IMG/VR virus record: IMGVR_UViG_3300032307_000705
Coordinates: 19,723-83,722 of that record
Reading direction: 5' to 3' (one strand)
DNA: 64,000 nucleotides
Origin: a virus
The notes beneath the pieces are model-generated. The model was not told where the DNA came from, made no database searches, and worked only from the letters and a program-made list of their open reading frames with translations. A program made the position numbers and the translations under genes. Below are positions 31,408-41,400 of the stretch, one piece after another. How positions within the stretch are numbered: the first letter of the stretch is position 1; each line of letters starts with the position of its first letter.

Positions 31408-32026
31408 ATTTCCGATATAATATTTTTTTATCGATACCTGCAGATTCCAATAATGTGTATAATGATTTCCTTTGTGCTGTGGAATAATCTTTTACAAACA
31501 AACAATCTCCTCTTTTGATTTTGAAAAAGTGCGAGGAAAGATTATCAACAAATCTTGAAGATTCACTTTCTGACTTTAATGTAAAGATGTGAATCTTTTC
31601 ATCTTCCTGAAGTACAATTTTATTGTTAAGGACTGAAATCATTTTCAAACCATCTCCCTTCAAATATTTTTTAATAAAGGATTGTGTTGTTATTTTTTTC
31701 TGTTCCTTGATGTCGTAAATGGTTTCTTCTTTTTTGTAAGGGTTAATCTTAAATAAAGTCATACCATCCTCATCTAATTTCACTTTGATATTCCTTCCAT
31801 ACTCGTCAGTCATGTAAACTGGTATTAATTGTTTTGAACTCATTTCAACAATTCCAACTTCATACCTACATTCAGATCCACCTTCAACTTTAACTTCGAA
31901 TAATACTTCATTTGATTCTTCGATTAATTTGTCATAAAATTGTTTTGCGCGGGAGAATGTTATAAACTTCTTTATAATTTTTTTCTTTTTTTTATTCTTG
32001 AATAAGACTACCACGTAGTTCTCCAT
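31382..32026 (-). CDS. Basic hypothetical protein
   Basis: Likely start MENYVVVLFK at 32026, since an earlier start would overlap dnaJ. Confidence 0.65.
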   Translation of the reverse strand: MENYVVVLFKNKKKKKIIKKFITFSRAKQFYDKLIEESNEVLFEVKVEGGSECRYEVGIVEMSSKQLIPVYMTDEYGRNIKVKLDEDGMTLFKINPYKKEETIYDIKEQKKITTQSFIKKYLKGDGLKMISVLNNKIVLQEDEKIHIFTLKSESESSRFVDNLSSHFFKIKRGDCLFVKDYSTAQRKSLYTLLESAGIDKKILYRKFTTLPQSK

Positions 32027-32028
32027 AT

Positions 32029-32946
32029 ATGAAAGATTACTATAAAATATTAGAAGTTGAAGAGAAAGCCTCTCAGGATGAAATAAAAAAGTCTTATCGA
32101 AGACTTGCAGCACAATACCATCCAGATAGAAACCCTCAAGGTGAAGAAAAGTTCAAAGAAATTGCCGAGGCATATGAAACTTTAGGTAATCCTGATAAAA
32201 GGACTGAATACGACAATCGAGGAAACAATCCATTTCAAGGTACCGCTTACGAACAAATGTTTTCACAAATGTTTGGTGGAGGAGGATTTCAACAACCAAA
32301 ACGAAAGAGCGCTCCTGATAAGATTGTACGAGTACAAATCAATCCTATTGAATCATATAAGGGTGAGGAGAAGACTATCCAATACATGAAGGATACTCAT
32401 TGTAATGTATGTAGTGGCGCTGGTGGAGAACAACAAAAGTGTGTATCTTGTAATGGACAAGGGTTCTTTATGAAATCTTTTGGTACTGGATTTATGACTC
32501 AACAAGTTAGATCTGCTTGTCCAACTTGTGGAGGTAGGGGATATACTTTGGTTCACAAATGTTATGGGTGTGATGGTAGAGGTACCAAACAAAACGCTGC
32601 AGACTTAAGGTTTATGATACCTAAAGGAGTTGACAGTGGACAGTACTTGAAAATAGAAAGGGCTGGAGATTTTAAGAATGGAGAGTATGGTGATTTGGTA
32701 ATTCAAATTGAGGTTGTACCTAAAGACGGTTTTGAGAAATTCAACAACGACTTAATTTATAACTTATTTTTGAACTTGGAAGATTTGAAAAAGGATAAAT
32801 ACAATATCCCACATCCTGATGGTGAGTTAAGAATTGACTCACCAAAGATATTTGATACTTCCAAACCTCTGAGATTGAGAGGTAAGGGTTATAATGGTGG
32901 GGATATGTATTTGAAATTGAACGTAAAGTTCGAGAGGACTAATTAA
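32029..32946 (+). CDS. dnaJ: DnaJ chaperone
   Basis: DYY..HPD J-domain, four CxxCxGxG repeats, C-terminal GDL/GDMY motifs. Confidence 0.92.
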   Translation: MKDYYKILEVEEKASQDEIKKSYRRLAAQYHPDRNPQGEEKFKEIAEAYETLGNPDKRTEYDNRGNNPFQGTAYEQMFSQMFGGGGFQQPKRKSAPDKIVRVQINPIESYKGEEKTIQYMKDTHCNVCSGAGGEQQKCVSCNGQGFFMKSFGTGFMTQQVRSACPTCGGRGYTLVHKCYGCDGRGTKQNAADLRFMIPKGVDSGQYLKIERAGDFKNGEYGDLVIQIEVVPKDGFEKFNNDLIYNLFLNLEDLKKDKYNIPHPDGELRIDSPKIFDTSKPLRLRGKGYNGGDMYLKLNVKFERTN

Positions 32947-33079
32947 TTAATCCAATTAGTAATTCAAATATTTTTACTGTTCCGTAAATTGATGAACCTA
33001 ACAGATAGAAACCTGCGGCTATTGTAAAATATTGAGTTTTACTTGTTGGTTTTTGATTACATTTTTTACATTCTGCCAT
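32939..33079 (-). CDS. 46-aa CxxC + TM protein not in ORF track
   Basis: MAECKKCNQKPTSKTQYFTIAAGFYLLGSSIYGTVKIFELLIGLIN. Confidence 0.55.
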   Translation of the reverse strand: MAECKKCNQKPTSKTQYFTIAAGFYLLGSSIYGTVKIFELLIGLIN

Positions 33080-33089
33080 AATTATAAGT

Positions 33090-33263
33090 ATGTTAAGTGA
33101 ACAAATTCGTAGAATCCTTTATATGTACCTTGACGAGAAGGAACAAGGAAAATATAAAAAACCTCGCAAATATAGTAAATCGTATTGTGAATCTACACCA
33201 TGTGATGAAATGGGATTCACACAGAAAGCATCTTGTCGCCCATACAAAAATTGTTATAAGTAA
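33090..33263 (+). CDS. 57-aa Cys-rich basic protein with leader, not in ORF track
   Basis: MLSEQIRRILYMYLDEKEQGKYKKPRKYSKSYCESTPCDEMGFTQKASCRPYKNCYK. Confidence 0.65.
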   Translation: MLSEQIRRILYMYLDEKEQGKYKKPRKYSKSYCESTPCDEMGFTQKASCRPYKNCYK

Positions 33264-33298
33264 TTGCCTTTGTTGAATTTTTTTATTATCATTGTGTC

Positions 33299-34138
33299 AT
33301 GATAAGTTATATTGGAGGTAAATCAAAAATAGGTAAGTGGATAGTACCATTTTATCCAACAGACATGGAAACATACGTAGAACCTTTTTCAGGTATGTTC
33401 TGGTGTTTTTTTAATATGGACTTGGAGAAGTATCCAAACCTGAAGAAAGTCGTTTACAATGACTTTAATCCACTAAATTACAATCTATTTCAGTGTGTTC
33501 AAAATCCATCAGAACTTCAACGTGTGATGGATGAAATTGAAGTACAACAAGTTGGGGTAATCGATACCTCAATCGAACTTAAAGAAAAGTTTAATACGTT
33601 CCAATCTGAAATTTTTGGAGAGGGGTTCAAAGTTGGGAACTGTGATTATCTAACTGCTGCTAAGTACGTTTATGTATTGTCTCAAGTCTTCAGTGGTAGT
33701 AAACCTGAAATATCTAATTTCATTGATTTGAAAGGTAAGTATAGATCGAAATATCTTGCGTTCAGGGACAAACTTAGTAAACCAAATTGGGTCGACCATT
33801 TCCTTAAAATTACTGACGTGGAGAATTTAGACTTCCAAGATGTAATTGAGAAATATGATTCTCCATCCACTTATTTTTATGTTGACCCACCTTATTGGAA
33901 AACTGAAAACTATTACAGTAACCATGATTTTGATAGGGATGACCATGAAAGATTGGCGATTGCGTTGAATAATATACAAGGTAAGTTCAGTTTATCCTAC
34001 TACGATTTTGAACTATTACACGATTGGTTTCCTGAAACCAAAAATCGATGGGAGAAAAAAGAATTTGCAAAGGCGGCGGCAGCGAAAAAAGGTACAAAAC
34101 AAAATATGGGAGAAGAGCTGTTAATATTGAATTATTAA
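33299..34138 (+). CDS. Dam-like (D12 class) DNA adenine methyltransferase
   Basis: YIGGKS, YVEPFSG, YNDFN, YVDPPY. Confidence 0.9.
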   Translation: MISYIGGKSKIGKWIVPFYPTDMETYVEPFSGMFWCFFNMDLEKYPNLKKVVYNDFNPLNYNLFQCVQNPSELQRVMDEIEVQQVGVIDTSIELKEKFNTFQSEIFGEGFKVGNCDYLTAAKYVYVLSQVFSGSKPEISNFIDLKGKYRSKYLAFRDKLSKPNWVDHFLKITDVENLDFQDVIEKYDSPSTYFYVDPPYWKTENYYSNHDFDRDDHERLAIALNNIQGKFSLSYYDFELLHDWFPETKNRWEKKEFAKAAAAKKGTKQNMGEELLILNY

Positions 34139-34182
34139 TTATTTTTGTAATAACAATATATTTATTAATAAATTAAAGTTAA

Positions 34183-35523
34183 ATGAAATTTACTTCGTTA
34201 TTAAAGTCAATCATAGTTGAACAGTCAAGATTTGAGGTTTTGATGAACGCTTTAACTAAATCTGGTAAGGACAAAGAGGGCAATAAGTTAAGACCTAAAC
34301 TTTCAAAGAAAGAGTTTGTTGATTTGGTATTGGCAGACCCAACAACTAGATTAAACAATGTGGACATAGAAACCGCAACTCCTGAGGAATTGGGTAAAAT
34401 TAAAGCGGGAAGTTATGTTCCATGGTTGGTGAAACATTATTTGATACCAAAAACTGAGACAAGTCCTGGTGACTATACCTATGAAAAAGATGTAAAACGG
34501 GCGAAGGATGTTTTCATGGAAGACCTTTACAAGGTTACTGATGACCTTAAAAAGTTTGATAGATTCAAAGGACGACTTCCTAAAGAAATGAGAGACATCA
34601 ACAAGTTAACACCAGATCAACTTTATGATGCGGTTAAAGATTTTGATTTAACATTAGCGACTACAACAAAGGCAGAAAGAAAGTCTGCACCTGTTCATCC
34701 AGGAGCAAAGTTAGTTTATGACGGGGAAAATTGGAGGGTTGTTGAAATTGAGGACAAAGGACAAGTAGGTAAGGAGGCGGCTTGTTTCTATGGTGGAAAC
34801 AACCAAGAAACGAGATGGTGTACTTCAGCACCAGGGGCTAGTTGGTTCGACAGATACATAAAAGACGGACCGTTATATGTTATTTTCAATCCTAATGATA
34901 CTGATGTCAGTCCAATGACAGGTCTTCCTAAAGAAAGATATCAATTCCATTTCCAATCTAATCAATTCATGGATAAGGATGACAGACAACAAGATTTAGT
35001 TCAATTATTGAATGGGTCTATGTCTGAGTTGAAACCTTTCTTCAAACCTGAATTTGCAAAAAATATTGTACTCGGAGGTAAAGAATTGAAAATTGAGAGT
35101 TTAACTTCAGGTTCTGTTGGTAAATTCATTGCATTATATGGTTTAGAGGATTTGATGGACAGTTTACCTAAATCTTTGGAAAGAATTCTAATTCAAAACA
35201 GAGACAGTAAAGACCCAATACATGTGGAATTACCTGAAGATATCGGCAAGCTTCAAAACTTGACGAATATTCTTACAGACAATATTACATTCTCAAAAAT
35301 ACCTGATTCAATATGTAATCTTAAAAATTTGAATTTTTTAGCGATTACTAGAAATCCTGAATTAACAACAATACCTGATTGTGTTGCTGATTTACCGAAT
35401 CTTATGTTTTTGAATCTAAAAGGATCTGACAACGCAAGAATACCTAAGAAAATAGAAGAAAAAGGTGATCCAATAGGCCCTAACATGTGGGATTTGGAAT
35501 TAATGGACAAAAGTGAAGATTAG
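34183..35523 (+). CDS. Leader + YG..TRWCT domain + C-terminal leucine-rich repeats
   Basis: MKFTSLLKSIIVEQ; AACFYGGNNQETRWCTS; LPEDIGKLQNL/IPDSICNLKNL; TATTTAT at 34159-34165. Confidence 0.75.
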   Translation: MKFTSLLKSIIVEQSRFEVLMNALTKSGKDKEGNKLRPKLSKKEFVDLVLADPTTRLNNVDIETATPEELGKIKAGSYVPWLVKHYLIPKTETSPGDYTYEKDVKRAKDVFMEDLYKVTDDLKKFDRFKGRLPKEMRDINKLTPDQLYDAVKDFDLTLATTTKAERKSAPVHPGAKLVYDGENWRVVEIEDKGQVGKEAACFYGGNNQETRWCTSAPGASWFDRYIKDGPLYVIFNPNDTDVSPMTGLPKERYQFHFQSNQFMDKDDRQQDLVQLLNGSMSELKPFFKPEFAKNIVLGGKELKIESLTSGSVGKFIALYGLEDLMDSLPKSLERILIQNRDSKDPIHVELPEDIGKLQNLTNILTDNITFSKIPDSICNLKNLNFLAITRNPELTTIPDCVADLPNLMFLNLKGSDNARIPKKIEEKGDPIGPNMWDLELMDKSED

Positions 35524-35549
35524 TATTTCGTAAATTAATTTTAATTGAT

Positions 35550-35831
35550 ATGGTTGATGTTGAAATATACATGAATAACATCATTAAGTTTTTTAGGGAA
35601 AATCCTACTGACTTATTGAATCTGGTCCCCAAAGACAAGGAAGAATACTTTTACACAAAAATCAAAAAAGTGGCGATTGAAAATTATGAGAAGGGTGAGG
35701 ACGTAAGCCTCACCCAATCTCAATTAATTGATGTCTGCTCCGAAATTAATCAACCTGATAAACAGGTAGTTGAGGAAATTTCAAAAAATTTTATTCAAAA
35801 AACGAAATTTGGTTATCTTTTTTTGAATTGA
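35550..35831 (+). CDS. Hypothetical protein
   Basis: ORF track. Confidence 0.65.
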   Translation: MVDVEIYMNNIIKFFRENPTDLLNLVPKDKEEYFYTKIKKVAIENYEKGEDVSLTQSQLIDVCSEINQPDKQVVEEISKNFIQKTKFGYLFLN

Positions 35832-35832
35832 G

Positions 35833-35864
35833 TTTGGCGAATTAAATTTCTTATCATATCTTTG
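35833..35864 (+). promoter_or_regulatory. Full Bacteroidota-type promoter TTTG-N20-TATCTTTG
   Basis: TTTG 35833-35836, TATCTTTG 35857-35864. Confidence 0.75.
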
Positions 35865-35883
35865 AATTCTAAATCAATAAGAC

Positions 35884-36633
35884 ATGATAACGACAGACTA
35901 CCTCAAGAGAATCGCTCCCTCAGTGTTCACCACCTCTCCATCTCCAAAAATGTCGAACAAGTACACTTTTGTACCGACTTTGGATATTCTCGAAAACTTT
36001 GAGAATGAAGGATGGAAAGTATTCTCCGCTAAACAAAATGGTAGAGGAGATTACAATCAACATGAGTTAAGACTACGTAATGTGGAATTTCCACAGGTAG
36101 GAGATTCTTTGGTAGAGGCGATTATTAGAAACTCCCACAACGGAATGAGTACGTTCTCAGTAAGTGCTGGTCTTCATCGATTAGTTTGTTCCAATGGTTT
36201 AACAGTACCAACATCCCTTTCGGATAAAATTTCTGTTAAACACATGAAGTTTGACATGGGGACAGTGAGACAAATCACAGACCAATTTGCGGAAAGACTG
36301 CCAGTAATCCAAAGGTCTGTAGGTAAGATGGAGACCACATTCTTGGATGAAGAAAAAGTGGTTGACTTTGTCACCAAAGCCACCTCAATCCGTTGGGAAA
36401 GTGGGTCAATCCCTAAAATCAAATTTGAGGACTTCCTTCGTCCTATCAGACATGAGGATTCAGGAAGTTCAGTTTGGACTACGTTCAACGTAATTCAAGA
36501 GAAGTTTGTTCGAGGGGGTTTGAGATACCAATCCGAAAAAGGAAGATTCACTTCGATGAAAGAATTGAAAAACTTCCAATCCATCAACAAGATTAATACT
36601 AATCTTTGGGAGTTGGCTGAGTCTTATTGTTAA
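35884..36633 (+). CDS. DUF932/DUF945 family protein
   Basis: NSHNG..AGLHRLVCSNGL..WTTFNVIQE. Confidence 0.85.
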   Translation: MITTDYLKRIAPSVFTTSPSPKMSNKYTFVPTLDILENFENEGWKVFSAKQNGRGDYNQHELRLRNVEFPQVGDSLVEAIIRNSHNGMSTFSVSAGLHRLVCSNGLTVPTSLSDKISVKHMKFDMGTVRQITDQFAERLPVIQRSVGKMETTFLDEEKVVDFVTKATSIRWESGSIPKIKFEDFLRPIRHEDSGSSVWTTFNVIQEKFVRGGLRYQSEKGRFTSMKELKNFQSINKINTNLWELAESYC

Positions 36634-36635
36634 TT

Positions 36636-36666
36636 AAATGGGGGGTTTATATCCCCCATTTTTTTT
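36636..36666 (+). terminator. Rho-independent terminator
   Basis: AAATGGGGG..CCCCCATTT plus T run. Confidence 0.75.
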
Positions 36667-36680
36667 ATTATAATTAAAAT

Positions 36681-38357
36681 ATGAAAGAAGAAATTTTCAA
36701 AGTTAGTTATGAGGCTTACACTACGATCGTATTCCACGACACCGTCCCGATTACCTTCCCACACTCAAGGAACAAATATTTTTTCGAGGACGAAAATGAG
36801 GCGGATATTTGGGACCAATTACTTTATGCAAATGATAGAGTAAACTTATCGAAAAAATCTGATGTTTATTTAGAGGATTTCGTTTCTAATGTTGAGGAGG
36901 ACTTTGTGTTACACTACGGAAATCCTTTAGCCAGAGTACTCAAATCTTATTTGATGATTCTGGTCGAACGTGATGGAGATAAGGTCTCTATGAAGGTCTT
37001 TAATGGGTTCAGGGAAAGAAGAGTTGGAAACAAGTGGTTCAAAGTTGCTCGGAGCGTGGACTATATTACCGTCAACACCAAAACTGGTGATGTATACTCA
37101 GGATTTCTACACAATTATCAAAATAAGAAGAAGGTACGGAAAAAACTTAACAAAAACTTTTTTTTGAATGAACCAATAGCACAAGTAATGTATACCATTA
37201 GAGACAAAGGGTGGTCATACTCACACAATAGTTCCGAGATTGCTAATGACGCGGTATCAAAATTCATGTATGAGATTGACGGTAGGGAAGAACCATACGA
37301 ATTCAACTTCGAAAAGAGATTATTCAAGTTCTATTTGGATAAAAAAAGAATAAGATACCCGAACAATTTCCGTTTGTATTCTTCTAAATTAGTTGGTCCA
37401 ATCTTTAGAAAGATACTCAAAAAGAATGACAATCGATTGGTGGACGCGTTTATGATACATAATGGACTGACTGGAAAGAAATTAAAAAAATGTCTTCATA
37501 GTTGTAAATCACTTAACTTGGACTTGTACTTGATAGCAAGAAAATTATTCGGTGATGATTGGATTAATCAGGATGATGATTTTATTTTACAAACTTTGAA
37601 TTCTGAATTCAACATCAAAGATAGGGATATTCCCGCTGAGTTTGTAAATGTAATTGGTAAAGATGAACTACGTAGGGTATTCAATCTATTCAAGAAAGTA
37701 TATTTTGAGGAAATGCTAGACACCTATACATTCATCGACCACATTGAAATTTACACCCAATTAAAAATGTATGGTGAAACTGATTTGAGGTGGATGAGTA
37801 ATGATGTGGATGTCTTTAGAAATGAACATTTGGATTGGTCGGATAAATTAACATTCTATAAAAATGGCCACTATGAAAGGATTTATCCCATCTATTCTTA
37901 CGAACATTTGGAACAACCATTGGGAGAGTATTACCCTGTATTATTGGATGATTCAACATCATATAATCAAGAAAGTTCAATTCAATCAAACTGTGTAAAA
38001 ACTTATATTGGTAAGTCGTCAAATATAATATTATCTTTGAGAAAGGGTTCAAGATATTCTGAGGAAAGGGCGACTATTGAATATCAGTTATATCGAGAAG
38101 ATGATAAGGTCAAATGTCGTAGAGTACAAAGTTTGGGGAAATACAATGGGAAATTATCAGATGAATGGACACACTGGCTATTGAAATTGGATTTGAAAAT
38201 GTTATATTACGTAAACGATGACAGATTTGAACCTGTAAAAATAACCAAAAAGTGTTACAATGGGGCTTTCTTTGAATCTGGTTCATATTGGGATGAGGAT
38301 GGTTTCTTGAAATGGACACATAAAACAATCGAGGGACCTCGTACATTAGACTTTTAA
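36681..38357 (+). CDS. PcfJ-like domain protein
   Basis: C-terminal ESSIQSNCVKTY..LSLRK..ATIEY..VQSLGKYN. Confidence 0.7.
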   Translation: MKEEIFKVSYEAYTTIVFHDTVPITFPHSRNKYFFEDENEADIWDQLLYANDRVNLSKKSDVYLEDFVSNVEEDFVLHYGNPLARVLKSYLMILVERDGDKVSMKVFNGFRERRVGNKWFKVARSVDYITVNTKTGDVYSGFLHNYQNKKKVRKKLNKNFFLNEPIAQVMYTIRDKGWSYSHNSSEIANDAVSKFMYEIDGREEPYEFNFEKRLFKFYLDKKRIRYPNNFRLYSSKLVGPIFRKILKKNDNRLVDAFMIHNGLTGKKLKKCLHSCKSLNLDLYLIARKLFGDDWINQDDDFILQTLNSEFNIKDRDIPAEFVNVIGKDELRRVFNLFKKVYFEEMLDTYTFIDHIEIYTQLKMYGETDLRWMSNDVDVFRNEHLDWSDKLTFYKNGHYERIYPIYSYEHLEQPLGEYYPVLLDDSTSYNQESSIQSNCVKTYIGKSSNIILSLRKGSRYSEERATIEYQLYREDDKVKCRRVQSLGKYNGKLSDEWTHWLLKLDLKMLYYVNDDRFEPVKITKKCYNGAFFESGSYWDEDGFLKWTHKTIEGPRTLDF

Positions 38358-38362
38358 TTACT

Positions 38363-38701
38363 ATGATAAAAAAACCAAAATTTATAAAGAATAATGAAAA
38401 ATCTTTAGGAGTTTTTTCCAGTTTAAGATTGGATTTTCCTGGTCATTCTATTTATAAATTCATCGATAATAGAAGTTTAGAAGTCGTTTGGAGTGAGGCA
38501 TTCACAGGTATTATTAATGTAAAAACTGAATTCAATAAAAAAATTTATAAAACAAAACAGGGATTTTATTTATATTTATTGTTAGGTGAAGTTGAATCGA
38601 ATTTGATTGTCTATTACAATCAGAGCCAATACAGTGAACTAACAATTTTTATACAACAACTATTAAAACAATTTAACAATGACAAAACAACTAACAAGTG
38701 A
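38363..38701 (+). CDS. Hypothetical protein
   Basis: ORF track. Confidence 0.6.
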   Translation: MIKKPKFIKNNEKSLGVFSSLRLDFPGHSIYKFIDNRSLEVVWSEAFTGIINVKTEFNKKIYKTKQGFYLYLLLGEVESNLIVYYNQSQYSELTIFIQQLLKQFNNDKTTNK

Positions 38702-38996
38702 AGAACTAAAACAAAAAATTAACAACAAGGAAAACTTCGTCCTTGACCTATTTGCAACTTGGTGTGGACCGTGCAAAATAATGTTGGGGAACCTTGAAAA
38801 AGTTAATGAATCTTTAATTCAAAAAGGAACACCAAAATACAGTGTTTATAAATTTGACATTGAACAAGATATGGACCTTATGAAAGAGTGGAACGTTAGA
38901 GGAGTTCCGACGATTAAAATATTCGAGAATGGTGAGGAAACTTTCTCAAGACCAGGTGTGATGTCACCAGATCAACTTCTTAAATTATTAGATTAA
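38679..38996 (+). CDS. trxA: Thioredoxin
   Basis: FATWCGPCK, VRGVPT. Confidence 0.9.
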   Translation: MTKQLTSEELKQKINNKENFVLDLFATWCGPCKIMLGNLEKVNESLIQKGTPKYSVYKFDIEQDMDLMKEWNVRGVPTIKIFENGEETFSRPGVMSPDQLLKLLD

Positions 38997-39001
38997 AGGT
39001 T

Positions 39002-39301
39002 ATGAAGGATCTGAATGTAATTGTCTATACTATGAAAGGATGTCCTTTTTGTGTCGACTTCAAAAAAATGTTGAAGGAAGAAGGAGTTGAATTTTTTGAT
39101 AGAGATATCGATGAGTATAAAGATGAGTACGACATTTTCAGTGAAATAACTGACAATGACATGATTCCAGCATTATTGATTATTGAAGGTAGTGGGAAGG
39201 ATTATAAATCCTTCCTATACACACCTGAAAAAAATTATAACGAGTTAACCGAGGCACTTCAAATAATCAATGAACATCGAAAGAATGTTGGGATTATTTA
39301 G
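39002..39301 (+). CDS. Glutaredoxin-like protein
   Basis: VYTMKGCPFC, MIP. Confidence 0.85.
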   Translation: MKDLNVIVYTMKGCPFCVDFKKMLKEEGVEFFDRDIDEYKDEYDIFSEITDNDMIPALLIIEGSGKDYKSFLYTPEKNYNELTEALQIINEHRKNVGII

Positions 39302-40044
39302 AAAATAATAAAGTCCTTATTTTTCTTTTTAATAAAAGAATATTCCTCAAGTGGATTTGTGAGTTCAATACTCCAATCCACTTTTTTCATTTCAGATGAT
39401 AACCAAGACATATCAAAATCGAACACATCTAAGATTGCCGATTTCAAAGTTTCATCTTCAGAGTTTTTGTCTACATTAAAGATTGATATGATATTATCAT
39501 TATCATCATCTTTATCCAAAGACAGATTAAAAATAATGGATGAATCTGTGTAGTTAGTTGGGATACTATAAAAAATATGTTTTCCGTAAAGATAGATAAG
39601 TCTTCCTTGACTCAATGAATAACCATGAGGAAATTCGGATGTAACAATTAATTCATCATCAGATACTTCTGATGGATAACAACTGAAATCAAATGATGAC
39701 TCACTTGATAAGAATTTTTCTATTTGGGTTTTATGATAAGAACAGTTTTCTGACTTATGTAAGATGAACTCCAAATTTTTTACTTTGGATAACTTACAAT
39801 CATATTCAATTAAATCTATTGTATGGGAGATTGGTGTCTCAGGTTCGTATTTTTCGTTAAACTCTTTTGTTATTGAACTGATATCCAAAATTTCTTTATG
39901 GGAGGTCTTACCTTTTATAATAATGAAATTTTTACAATCTACGACAGAGAAAATTGATTCTTCTGTGTTTGGGATTTTGGTTAGTAGATAGTCTGAAAAT
40001 AAATTTATTGTATAAACCCTGCTGTTAGTCTTCTTTAATATCAT
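39298..40044 (-). CDS. Hypothetical protein
   Basis: Long ORF; see finding on faint MetK resemblance. Confidence 0.7.
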   Translation of the reverse strand: MILKKTNSRVYTINLFSDYLLTKIPNTEESIFSVVDCKNFIIIKGKTSHKEILDISSITKEFNEKYEPETPISHTIDLIEYDCKLSKVKNLEFILHKSENCSYHKTQIEKFLSSESSFDFSCYPSEVSDDELIVTSEFPHGYSLSQGRLIYLYGKHIFYSIPTNYTDSSIIFNLSLDKDDDNDNIISIFNVDKNSEDETLKSAILDVFDFDMSWLSSEMKKVDWSIELTNPLEEYSFIKKKNKDFIIF

Positions 40045-40101
40045 TTAATTAACTGATTTGTTGAATGATAATAAATTGTACTTACAAAAAGAATAGAATA
40101 A

Positions 40102-41097
40102 CTAGATGTAATCTGTGAAAATTTCATTGATATTATTTTTAACTTCACTAAAGTCAGGATAGTCTGGATAGTATGCTGTTAAACAATCTTGTTCATCTTG
40201 AACCATTGGTATGTAATCACCCCAATATTCTAATAATCCACGAGATCCTTGATTTTTGTTTGAAATTAAATAGTCCAAAATTATTTCGTCAAAGTTTGAT
40301 GCAACAGGAACTCTGAAACGTTGTGTCATGGTATCTTTTTTGAAACGGTGAGGTTTCGAATAATATTCACCATTACCATTTATATATTCTTGTAATTCAC
40401 TGAAAATTTTTCCGTAAAGTTCACTCTCATATGCTTGGCTGTAAGCACTATTGTGAATGGACTTTAGTTGGTCATCTAAGTCTTCAAGATAAGTATTCAA
40501 AAGGTAATTCATTGACTCTTCATCGTCTATGATAGTCTGTGCTGTTGTAGGATTATCAACTGTCACGTATTCTGGATGACCTTGTTCTTTAGCAATATCT
40601 TGTAGTTCAATAGTTTCAGTTTCTATTTTTTGACCTTTTAGATTTTCGACTACATATTCTCTAAGGTGTTTCATATTTTTTGGGGATAGTTCTTCAATAA
40701 CATCACTATAAACATTACCAGTTGTGTCGTAATCGAAGAAGTTATCGTATTCACCTGAAAGAATTTCCTTAATACTATCCATTGAAAGACCATTTCGGGA
40801 ACGGTCACAGAAAAAATTTGATAATTCAGACCTATCATCCAAATCCAAATAAATTGTACCGTTTTCGTCCATATCAACATCGGACAATTTATCTATGACA
40901 AATTCATGAAATCGTTTACGGTCTCGTCCATGAAGCCAAATTAACAATGAATTCTGTACTTCCGTGTTTTCAATATCGATTTGAGAAATCAATCCTCTCT
41001 TATCCAATACGGTAAAAAATGTGTTCCAGTCACCGAAAAAAAGTTCAGCGTCAAACTCACCATCATTGAAGTCGTCAATTATTTTTTGAAAATCCAT
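40102..41097 (-). CDS. Acidic hypothetical protein
   Basis: Start MDFQKIIDD after TATTTAT (41102-41108, minus). Confidence 0.75.
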   Translation of the reverse strand: MDFQKIIDDFNDGEFDAELFFGDWNTFFTVLDKRGLISQIDIENTEVQNSLLIWLHGRDRKRFHEFVIDKLSDVDMDENGTIYLDLDDRSELSNFFCDRSRNGLSMDSIKEILSGEYDNFFDYDTTGNVYSDVIEELSPKNMKHLREYVVENLKGQKIETETIELQDIAKEQGHPEYVTVDNPTTAQTIIDDEESMNYLLNTYLEDLDDQLKSIHNSAYSQAYESELYGKIFSELQEYINGNGEYYSKPHRFKKDTMTQRFRVPVASNFDEIILDYLISNKNQGSRGLLEYWGDYIPMVQDEQDCLTAYYPDYPDFSEVKNNINEIFTDYI

Positions 41098-41158
41098 ATT
41101 AATAAATACAAAAAAGGGACAAAAAATTGTCCCTCTCATAAATCCCTTACACTAAAAC

Positions 41159-41314
41159 TTAGTTAGAAGTTTTATTTACGTTGTAATACTTCTCCACAGT
41201 TTTTTTGATAGCCGCCTTAACACTCTCATTTTGTTGTTCTTTTACTAATTGAGTTGTTGTTGGTTGTTGAGCCTGAGGCTGAGGTTGATTATTGTTTTTG
41301 CATCCGCATCCCAT
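41159..41314 (-). CDS. 51-aa MGCGCK protein not in ORF track
   Basis: MGCGCKNNNQPQPQAQQPTTTQLVKEQQNESVKAAIKKTVEKYYNVNKTSN; TATTTATA at 41343-41350; hairpin 41112-41137 downstream. Confidence 0.65.
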   Translation of the reverse strand: MGCGCKNNNQPQPQAQQPTTTQLVKEQQNESVKAAIKKTVEKYYNVNKTSN

Positions 41315-41400
41315 AGTGATGATAATTTAATTTGTTTATGTCTATAAATAGTTCCTTACTTTAATTATATTGCATAAAGATATTTATTAAATAAAAACTG

